IMG/VR virus record: IMGVR_UViG_3300045988_160612
Coordinates: 1-53,202 of that record
Length of the DNA: 53,202 nt
Strand: one strand, 5' to 3'
Origin: a virus
Position 1 is the stretch's first letter. The number at the start of each line of letters is the position of its first letter. Of the stretch, positions 32,308 through 38,763 are shown one piece after another. The notes under the pieces were generated by a model, which saw only the letters and a list, made by a program, of their open reading frames with translations, ran no database searches and was not told where the DNA came from. A program made the position numbers and the translations under genes.

Positions 32308-32652
32308 TTAATCAACTTTACGATAATTGCGATACTCCACACTTGCCATATATGCTTTGACTGTATCATCATAATAGGCTTGCGTTTCATTATATGTAGG
32401 TCTTACGGAATCCCCCGTTAATTTCATTATGTTTTTAACTTTTTCCTTTAAATTCAGACAATCAGTATAATTTTTAGCATAACACAAAATATCATACAAA
32501 ACCATCTGAGTTGAGTAATTAACATATCTTGCACCAGTATCTTGTTTTACCACCACATAAGGTTTTGTACATTCCCCTAAATGGGAACCTGGTGAAAATA
32601 CATCAATTTTATTTTCTTTCAGCGTTTTAAATATCAAATCATATATTATCAT
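32308..32652 (-). CDS. Tail completion or tail terminator-like protein.
   Basis: Synteny only. Confidence 0.4.
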   Translation of the reverse strand: MIIYDLIFKTLKENKIDVFSPGSHLGECTKPYVVVKQDTGARYVNYSTQMVLYDILCYAKNYTDCLNLKEKVKNIMKLTGDSVRPTYNETQAYYDDTVKAYMASVEYRNYRKVD

Positions 32653-32999
32653 AAATGTATATTCGTTTTTATTTTGCCAAGCAAATTATCAAACGCCTCC
32701 AAAACTTCTGGACCGTGAGCCTGAATTGTAGGTTTTATTATTGCAAATCTTTTTTCATGTGCTAACTCCAGGAATACCCCATAATTAACTCCATGTGCTA
32801 ATTTGATAATATATCCACTGTTATCTTCCGCTTTATATCCTGTGCCTGTGAGCGTTTGTCTTGCTCTGCCTGTCCTATCTTTCCACGGCGCATTTGACCT
32901 CATGCTATTCTGTAATTTTAATGCTGACGTTTTTGTGTACAACAGTAATGCTGCATCAGCTTTCTTTTTCATGGTTTCCAATCCGTCTGTCAAGCTCAT
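32649..32999 (-). CDS. HK97 gp10-like neck or tail component.
   Basis: LQNSMRSNAPWKDRTGRARQTL resembles the gp10-family signature, and synteny agrees. Confidence 0.5.
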   Translation of the reverse strand: MSLTDGLETMKKKADAALLLYTKTSALKLQNSMRSNAPWKDRTGRARQTLTGTGYKAEDNSGYIIKLAHGVNYGVFLELAHEKRFAIIKPTIQAHGPEVLEAFDNLLGKIKTNIHL

Positions 33000-33379
33000 A
33001 TTTCTTGCACCTCACAAATGGAAATATCCATTACTTTATTTGATAAATTGTAATTACAGATATCAGTAACCACATATTCTTTGCCATTAACAAAGCAATG
33101 ATTTCCAATTTTTACACTATCATCAAACTTAGCCAAAAGCATTTGCTGATAATAGCCTGGATTTTTTCCACCGTCTGAATTATTAAAATCTGAATACCGT
33201 GAATCGGTCAAATGATATATACATTTCAATGTTACTGTTTTTTCTTCAAACTCACCTTGAACAGGCTCATTATAATCATTTAATTTAACTGTTTTAAACT
33301 CTATATCTTTTCCATACATCACTATTCTTTTGGTAATCACATTTAACGCATAATTATTTATAACGTCCAATATAATCAC
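32996..33379 (-). CDS. Head closure or neck protein (by synteny).
   Basis: 127 aa with 4-nt overlaps on both sides. Confidence 0.4.
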   Translation of the reverse strand: MIILDVINNYALNVITKRIVMYGKDIEFKTVKLNDYNEPVQGEFEEKTVTLKCIYHLTDSRYSDFNNSDGGKNPGYYQQMLLAKFDDSVKIGNHCFVNGKEYVVTDICNYNLSNKVMDISICEVQEI

Positions 33380-33648
33380 CTCAATTTTTTGCTCTTTAAA
33401 ATTCCAGAGTGGTTTGGCTTATATCTCAGGGACAATCTTCTAAAGTAGGAAGAACTATCACTCGCAGTCAGTCCGGAGATATTTAATGTGTTATTTTCTG
33501 CTTTTATCTGTAAGCATTCATAAGCTGTATCATTAAAAACCCCCTTATTTTTACTGTAATAAAAATCCAATTCCTCATCTGAGAAAAATGGAATTTCTTC
33601 CTCTCTAAGAATAATTTTTAAAGATTTTAAATCTTCCTGAGATATCAT
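33376..33648 (-). CDS. Head-tail connector (gp6-like) protein (by synteny).
   Basis: 90 aa, downstream of the capsid gene. Confidence 0.4.
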   Translation of the reverse strand: MISQEDLKSLKIILREEEIPFFSDEELDFYYSKNKGVFNDTAYECLQIKAENNTLNISGLTASDSSSYFRRLSLRYKPNHSGILKSKKLR

Positions 33649-33672
33649 GCCAACACCCTCTTTCCTTTTAAA

Positions 33673-33957
33673 TTATATACCCACCGCAGATTCAAGAATT
33701 GCTATCAGCTGCTTTTTATTGGAAGCTTCCGAAATATCAATCTGATTATCAGCTGCATACTGCTTTAGCTCCGATGTACTCATCGAACTAAAATCAATAG
33801 TATCTGCTGCTTCCTCTACAGATTCCACAACATTTGCTTCCTCTATAGATTCTGTCTGCTTGATATCTCTGCACTTCCAACCCAGCTGCTTATAAGAACT
33901 CTCATAAACTGACTTAGGGACAATTCTTATCTGATTCCCTTTCTTGATTTTTACCAT
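33673..33957 (-). CDS. Small protein with a C-terminal SAP/HeH (Rho_N-like) motif.
   Basis: MSTSELKQYAADNQIDISEASNKKQLIAILE. Confidence 0.5.
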   Translation of the reverse strand: MVKIKKGNQIRIVPKSVYESSYKQLGWKCRDIKQTESIEEANVVESVEEAADTIDFSSMSTSELKQYAADNQIDISEASNKKQLIAILESAVGI

Positions 33958-33975
33958 TATGATAACCTCCTCAAA

Positions 33976-35010
33976 TTATCCTTCGGAAGCATCAATAATA
34001 GCAATCTGGTCTGCCATCTCAAAAGAGGGTAAGCAAATCATGCTAACTTTTGTCTCAACGTTTACAGGGTCCTCACGCTTCATGGTGGTAATTGCAACAC
34101 CAACATCAGTAATGGAGACATTAGCAGATGAGCCAGACATCAAATCAGATTCCTCAGGAGTTGTACCAAACCAGGTTGTACCCAAATCACCGTCGGGGAA
34201 AAGTACCAACATATCATCGGGAACATATGCCTTAGTTGCGCCGGTTTCGTCCTTGTATCTCTTGCTATATACTTCAAGAGTAACGCCTGTCTGGTCCTCA
34301 ATGTAAGCAATAGCATTCTTAGCGTTAATTGTACCCACGCCATTGGTAAGCACATAAATGTTCTTCTTTAGCACTGTATTCTGCATAATTTTGTTAAGCT
34401 GCGCTCTGGAGCATATGCCTCTTGTAGGTCTTACTCCGGTATCGTCCTCAATCTTATCAAGGCACCCAATAAGATACTGGCAAATATCAAAATCAGCTGT
34501 GTTAAAATTATGCTCAGTAAACTTGTGGTCTGCGGGGACGTTATAATCATAGCTGTATTCCTGACCATTAGCAGCCATTGCTACAGTACCAGAAGTTACG
34601 GCCATTGCACGCATTCTCTCTCTGGAAACTGCTGCGGATTCAAGAAGTCTAACGGTATCGTTAAAAATCTTGTTCATAACTGTATCAATGTATGCCTGGT
34701 TGCCTGTCTGGAGTACCATGTTCAATTCCTGTCTCAGTCTTTCAGAAATGGTCATAGATTCCTTGAAGAAGGGCATCTCTGCATACATCTTGTCAAAACC
34801 GATTCTGGGACGAGGTACAGCCTTGACATCAAAAGCTGATACATTTAAAACAACAGGAAGTCCAGCGGAACCCTTGATATAGCTCAAATCAAGTCCAAGC
34901 TTCTTATCAGAGGGGAACATTGTCTCGAATAAATAGGGCGCTCTGTCCTGCGATAAGGTTTCCCAATATGCAACGATATTCTGGGAAGTCATCAAATCAA
35001 AAATAGTCAT
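33976..35010 (-). CDS. Major capsid protein (lambda gpE-like family).
   Basis: 344 aa. The gene order is scaffold, decoration-like protein, then capsid. The N-terminus (TIFDLMTSQNIVAYWETLSQDRAPYLFETMFP) is typical of E-like capsids. Confidence 0.75.
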   Translation of the reverse strand: MTIFDLMTSQNIVAYWETLSQDRAPYLFETMFPSDKKLGLDLSYIKGSAGLPVVLNVSAFDVKAVPRPRIGFDKMYAEMPFFKESMTISERLRQELNMVLQTGNQAYIDTVMNKIFNDTVRLLESAAVSRERMRAMAVTSGTVAMAANGQEYSYDYNVPADHKFTEHNFNTADFDICQYLIGCLDKIEDDTGVRPTRGICSRAQLNKIMQNTVLKKNIYVLTNGVGTINAKNAIAYIEDQTGVTLEVYSKRYKDETGATKAYVPDDMLVLFPDGDLGTTWFGTTPEESDLMSGSSANVSITDVGVAITTMKREDPVNVETKVSMICLPSFEMADQIAIIDASEG

Positions 35011-35031
35011 GTATTATCCTCCTCCAATCTA

Positions 35032-35433
35032 TTACTTTAAGAATGTTACCTTGGCATTAAGTGCAGCTGTAACAGTATCATCAATGAGCTTTACAGTTTC
35101 TGCATCTATTCTGTCAAGATTTACAAAACCGAAAATCAACATTGTGGCGTTATCGTTGCCATCTGTTACATCTACATCATGTAACAAAATACCAACTGCA
35201 TCTGTAGTCTTTGTACCACCAGAGCCGGGGTCAGTAGTTGTTGCCTTTTTAAAAGCTGTATTTCTTGCTGTAAGACTACCTGCAAGAGGGGTACCAGCCT
35301 TAAGAATCTTCTTGCCATTGCTATCTGCTTCCAGTCCAGTATTACCTACTACAACTCCAACAGCTGCATAAGGCTCGGTGTAAAACAAAATCTGATTAGG
35401 ATTTGTCAAACTTACCTTTTTAAAACCATTCAT
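35032..35433 (-). CDS. Head decoration-like protein.
   Basis: 133 aa, beta-rich, between the scaffold and capsid genes. Confidence 0.45.
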   Translation of the reverse strand: MNGFKKVSLTNPNQILFYTEPYAAVGVVVGNTGLEADSNGKKILKAGTPLAGSLTARNTAFKKATTTDPGSGGTKTTDAVGILLHDVDVTDGNDNATMLIFGFVNLDRIDAETVKLIDDTVTAALNAKVTFLK

Positions 35434-35450
35434 GTGTTATTTCCTCCTTG

Positions 35451-36095
35451 TTAATTTGTATTTGTATTGCGGGATTTTACTTTGCTTTTTGCTAATCTTG
35501 CTCCATAACTTTCGGTACCATTATCATTTACATTCTGTATTCTGGGAATAGGATTCCCAGTACCAGAATTAGGTGCAGATGTGAAGAATCCAGAAAAAGC
35601 AGGATTTTTCTTCATGTCCTCAATTACTGACTTTACATCATTTTCCTCGGTTACCTTTGCTAACACAATAGGAATGATATCTGATACAACTGTGGAATTT
35701 ACACCACAAGAAATAGCATCAAAACTTGCCTGTAAGAATGCAACCTTTCCATTCTTTTCTTTAAGTTCCTCAGACATCTGAGCATTAGCTTCCTGTGCTT
35801 TCTGTAAATCCGACTTACTATCCTCTACTGACTGTAAATACTTAGCTAATCCGTCTTTTGCAGTATTAAAATCAGATACACCCAATTCCTTTAACAAAGC
35901 TGATTTTGACTTTTCCTTTTCTGCTTTCAAAAGCTTATTAAGCTCTGCCTGGGTAAAAACTCTTTCAGGCTCATTGTTACTGGAATTATCAGGATTATTA
36001 TTCTGGTTATTAGTCTGCTGACCCTCAATAGGAGGCTCGTTATTAGGATTAGGATTATTCTGAGAATTTGTATTATTACCGTTTTCAATAGCCAT
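35451..36095 (-). CDS. Scaffolding protein (GP20-like).
   Basis: N/Q-rich N-terminus followed by helical FTQAELNKLLKAEKEKSKSALLKELG. Its position is also consistent. Confidence 0.6.
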   Translation of the reverse strand: MAIENGNNTNSQNNPNPNNEPPIEGQQTNNQNNNPDNSSNNEPERVFTQAELNKLLKAEKEKSKSALLKELGVSDFNTAKDGLAKYLQSVEDSKSDLQKAQEANAQMSEELKEKNGKVAFLQASFDAISCGVNSTVVSDIIPIVLAKVTEENDVKSVIEDMKKNPAFSGFFTSAPNSGTGNPIPRIQNVNDNGTESYGARLAKSKVKSRNTNTN

Positions 36096-36100
36096 ATTGT

Positions 36101-36547
36101 TTATTCCTCCACATTTTCATTCTCAACTTTACACCCAGAAATTTTAACGTCTGGTACGTTTAAACTTATTTTGTTTTCTTTGCCCTCAAAATAATAAACA
36201 GAGCCATTATATTTTAGATTCAGTTCTTTTCTTTTCTGAATCAATAATGCAGAAATTTGTTTTAATCTTTTTGTATAATGCTTTCTCAGTTTCCCATTGA
36301 TTTTATATCGTGTGCTATCAATAGCAGCATTAGCATTTATTAAAAACTGTTTTTTCAGTAATTCCATTGTTTCCACATTATCTATTTGTACACATGATTC
36401 GTGCTGACACAATGGACATTTTAAAATCTTCAAAAATAATTTTTCCTCATATATCTCCACCTGGATATCTGATAAATTACTATTCAACAAACTAAATTCT
36501 TCTTTACACCAATCACAGGTACAAACTAAATTTTCAATGTTTGGCAA
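36101..36547 (-). CDS. Hypothetical Cys-containing protein.
   Basis: CTCDWCKEEF...CPLCQHESC. TTG start after AGAGGTGA. Confidence 0.5.
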   Translation of the reverse strand: MPNIENLVCTCDWCKEEFSLLNSNLSDIQVEIYEEKLFLKILKCPLCQHESCVQIDNVETMELLKKQFLINANAAIDSTRYKINGKLRKHYTKRLKQISALLIQKRKELNLKYNGSVYYFEGKENKISLNVPDVKISGCKVENENVEE

Positions 36548-36579
36548 TGTTAATCACCTCTTTTAAATTTTAGGAACTG

Positions 36580-36666
36580 TGGTGCTGGCAACGGGATTTG
36601 AACCCGTATGATATTTCTACCGAGGGATTTTAAGTCCCTTGTGTCTGCCGATTCCACCATGCCAGC
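36580..36666 (-). tRNA. tRNA-Leu (anticodon UAA), type II, CCA encoded.
   Basis: GCUGGCA acceptor pairs with UGCCAGC. The D region is GGAAUCGGCAGAC. The anticodon loop CUUAAAA sits on a 5-bp stem. It has a long variable arm and the T arm ACGGG-UUCAAAU-CCCGU. Confidence 0.9.
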
Positions 36667-36672
36667 AATTTC

Positions 36673-36759
36673 AGAACACAGCTAAAGTGCAGAAGCAAAA
36701 CCCTTTCATAAATTTTAGCTAAACTCATAAAACAAGATTTGCCATAATAGCTGTGTTCT
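36673..36759 (-). other. Unassigned structured spacer: 12-bp perfect stem (agaacacagcta / tagctgtgttct) closing a 63-nt loop between the two tRNA-Leu genes.
   Basis: Read directly. It has no tRNA T-loop or anticodon architecture. Confidence 0.6.
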
Positions 36760-36761
36760 TT

Positions 36762-36846
36762 TGGTACTCCAAGTGGGATTTGAACCCACACGCCTTTCAG
36801 CAGCAGTTTTTGAGACTACCTTGTCTGCCCATTCCAACATTGGAGT
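36762..36846 (-). tRNA. tRNA-Leu (anticodon CAA), type II, CCA encoded.
   Basis: ACUCCAA pairs with UUGGAGU. The D region is GGAAUGGGCAGAC. The anticodon stem GUAGU/ACUGC carries the loop CUCAAAA. It has a long variable arm and the T arm GUGGG-UUCAAAU-CCCAC. Confidence 0.85.
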
Positions 36847-36848
36847 AT

Positions 36849-36870
36849 ATTCCGCGGGGTACCGCGGAAT
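36849..36870 (-). other. GC-rich 9-bp hairpin (attccgcgg-ggta-ccgcggaat) abutting the 5' end of tRNA-Leu(CAA).
   Basis: Read directly. It is strikingly GC-rich for this genome. A U-run follows it only on the plus strand. Confidence 0.7.
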
Positions 36871-36925
36871 TTCGTTTTTCATTTTTAACCAGGTTGAAAT
36901 GCTTATTAAAAACTTTCCTGGTTTT

Positions 36926-37001
36926 TGGTGTGCCTGGAGAGACTTGAACTCTCGACCCATAGATTAAAAGTCTATTGCTCTACCGACTGAGCTACAAACA
37001 C
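36926..37001 (-). tRNA. tRNA-Lys (anticodon UUU), CCA encoded.
   Basis: The acceptor GUGUUUG/CAGGCAC has two G.U pairs. The D arm is GCUC-AGUCGGUA-GAGC. The anticodon arm is AUAGA-CUUUUAA-UCUAU. The T arm is GAGAG-UUCAAGU-CUCUC. Confidence 0.9.
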
Positions 37002-37014
37002 ACAAATGGATTTT

Positions 37015-37090
37015 TGGTTAGGATAGCCGGATTTGAACCGGCGAAATGACGGGGTCAAAGTCCGTTGCCTTACCTCTTGGCCATATCCTA
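37015..37090 (-). tRNA. tRNA-Gln (anticodon UUG), CCA encoded.
   Basis: The acceptor UAGGAUA/UAUCCUA has U1-A72, as in bacterial tRNA-Gln. The D region is GCCAAGAGGUAAGGC. The anticodon loop is CUUUGAC. The T arm is GCCGG-UUCAAAU-CCGGC. Confidence 0.9.
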
Positions 37091-37226
37091 TAATAATATA
37101 TATCTATAATAATATAAAATAATATAACAGAAAATAAAATATAAAAACACAAAATAATAAATAATTTATTTATATAATTTATTAAATACATAAATCATAT
37201 AATCATCATCATTTATTATTAAATAT

Positions 37227-37255
37227 ATTATATCATATTTCTTTTTACGAGTAAA
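37227..37255 (-). promoter_or_regulatory. Sigma-A-type promoter TTTACT-N17-TATAAT upstream of the tRNA cluster.
   Basis: The minus strand reads TTTACTCGTAAAAAGAAATATGATATAATAT. Confidence 0.5.
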
Positions 37256-37314
37256 TAAATATTTATAATGATTTACAAAAAAGTTACAATTACACCTTTA
37301 TTAAATTAAACATA

Positions 37315-37400
37315 AACCAGGATTCACCATAATTAAGACTAATAATAAGATAATAATTTATATTACCCATTATATTAGAATCAATCCTGGTGAATCCTGG
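37315..37400 (-). repeat. CCAGGAT-family long hairpin: 12-bp perfect arms (ccaggattcacc / ggtgaatcctgg) with a ~60-nt loop.
   Basis: Read directly. An extra half-site, aatcctgg, lies at 37383-37390. Confidence 0.8.
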
Positions 37401-37422
37401 AAACTCCTACTGATATTGTGAG

Positions 37423-37563
37423 TTAAGTGATATCGTCCTCATCTGGAGTGTTATTGGCTATTTCAAAATTCTCTTTTAGCTGTTGGTAAATAGCAATGAT
37501 TCCTAAAAGAACTGCTGCAATGCCTGAAATACGTTGAATACCTAATAAAATGATTCCTACCAT
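37423..37563 (-). CDS. Possible 46-aa membrane peptide, coupled by TAATG to the Spo0A_C paralog.
   Basis: MVGIILLGIQRISGIAAVLLGIIAIYQQLKENFEIANNTPDEDDIT. It is below the track cutoff. Confidence 0.4.
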   Translation of the reverse strand: MVGIILLGIQRISGIAAVLLGIIAIYQQLKENFEIANNTPDEDDIT

Positions 37564-37961
37564 TACTGTACATCTCCTATCCCAAAAATAGATATTGCTA
37601 CACCAAAAAGGAAATTTTTGCTGGTCATTTTTCCAGTTTCATAGGAAATACTTGACCCAAAAAGTTCTGTAAGTTCTGCCGTATTTGAGCCACTTGTAAA
37701 AGTTCTTTCGATAGAATTTCTTACTACTCTTTCTACAGAACGCCAAGAAGTATTGTGCTTCTTTCCCTCTTCTTTGTACATATCCAAAACATTAGGCTTA
37801 GAGGACATAAGAGTGTTTGTTCTGATTAAATCCTTAATCATTTCAAGAATCTCTACTGAATAGCAAAAGCCTAAAGTTCCTGGCTCCATTCCCAGCCTCA
37901 TAAGAGTTGAGATAATCAGTTTTCTTTCTTCCTGCTTCTTTTCATATACTTCTAACAACAT
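37563..37961 (-). CDS. Stand-alone Spo0A C-terminal domain protein, paralog 2 (more divergent).
   Basis: LMRLGMEPGTLGFCYSVEIL, HNTSWRSVERVVRNSIERTF and ELFG...GKMTSKNFLFGVA follow the same block order as Spo0A_C. Confidence 0.6.
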   Translation of the reverse strand: MLLEVYEKKQEERKLIISTLMRLGMEPGTLGFCYSVEILEMIKDLIRTNTLMSSKPNVLDMYKEEGKKHNTSWRSVERVVRNSIERTFTSGSNTAELTELFGSSISYETGKMTSKNFLFGVAISIFGIGDVQ

Positions 37962-37981
37962 AATTTGATTCCTCCAAATAT

Positions 37982-38440
37982 TTATTTTTTTAAATTAAGT
38001 AAACGTAAATGTTCTGATTCGATGATACTCCATTCATTAGCTGGAATTCCACCACAATCAAATTTTTCTGATAAATTATAATAACACTGAATAAAATATT
38101 TTGCTGTATGCCAACCCTCATAAAGTTCATTATAAGGAATTGAATCTGCTTCCTCCTTGAGTCTTTCAATGTCATATCCAACAGGGAGGCCATTAGGAAA
38201 TAAATAATTATAAAATTTTTCTTCCTTAACTTTATAGCCCCTTTTCTTCATTTCAGATACAACTAAATTAGTGTATTTGATAAAATGATTCATAGGATAA
38301 TGCAGCATTTTATTTACAAGAAGGTGGTTAGGAGTTCCGTTAGCTGATATATTTTTAGCAATACAACAGCATTCTCTCCACTGACTTATTAACTGTTGGG
38401 CTGGTAAAATTTTGATTAAATCTTTATGCCAAAGCCTCAT
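37982..38440 (-). CDS. Pyrimidine-dimer DNA glycosylase (endonuclease V / DenV)-like protein.
   Basis: MRLWHKDLIKILPAQQLISQWRECCCI...EMKKRGYKV matches the MRLWH..LI..LP.QQL..Q.REC family signature. The start was set to the ATG at 38440 after GGAGGAAATTAAA. Confidence 0.55.
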   Translation of the reverse strand: MRLWHKDLIKILPAQQLISQWRECCCIAKNISANGTPNHLLVNKMLHYPMNHFIKYTNLVVSEMKKRGYKVKEEKFYNYLFPNGLPVGYDIERLKEEADSIPYNELYEGWHTAKYFIQCYYNLSEKFDCGGIPANEWSIIESEHLRLLNLKK

Positions 38441-38463
38441 TTTAATTTCCTCCAAAAAACTAA

Positions 38464-38670
38464 TTATTTTTCCTGCTTGTAATACTCACAACTTTCATTA
38501 TTTGCAAGTATGCCTATTGGTTTCGTTTTGGGCCACTCAAACACTTTACAGCTTATTTTGCGATAATCATTACTAAACTGTGTTTTGCCTATTTTGTTTG
38601 CGCAATCCTTGCAAATGATATCAGCCCCAGGAGAGTGACAATTAAACATCTCATTATCATCAAAAGACAT
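38464..38670 (-). CDS. Hypothetical Cys-containing small protein.
   Basis: 68 aa. Confidence 0.45.
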   Translation of the reverse strand: MSFDDNEMFNCHSPGADIICKDCANKIGKTQFSNDYRKISCKVFEWPKTKPIGILANNESCEYYKQEK

Positions 38671-38763
38671 AAGCCTAACCCCCTTTCTGAATATTCAATT
38701 TTGTTTTATTATAAAATAAATGTATTACCATTTATATACCTATTATATTAAAAATTTGTAAAT

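Noticed and set aside
36847-36925. HDV-like (theta-type) ribozyme downstream of tRNA-Lys.
   Set aside because: A 7-bp P1-like pair (aaccagg/cctggtt) and a P4-like GC hairpin exist. I could not place P2, P3 or P1.1, nor a J4/2 catalytic C, before the next tRNA begins. This is left as a search suggestion only.
36715-36960. 81-aa minus-strand ORF, plus two plus-strand ORFs, across the tRNA region.
   Set aside because: They overlap two well-formed tRNA genes (Leu-CAA and Lys-UUU) and the hairpins between them, so they are read-through artefacts.
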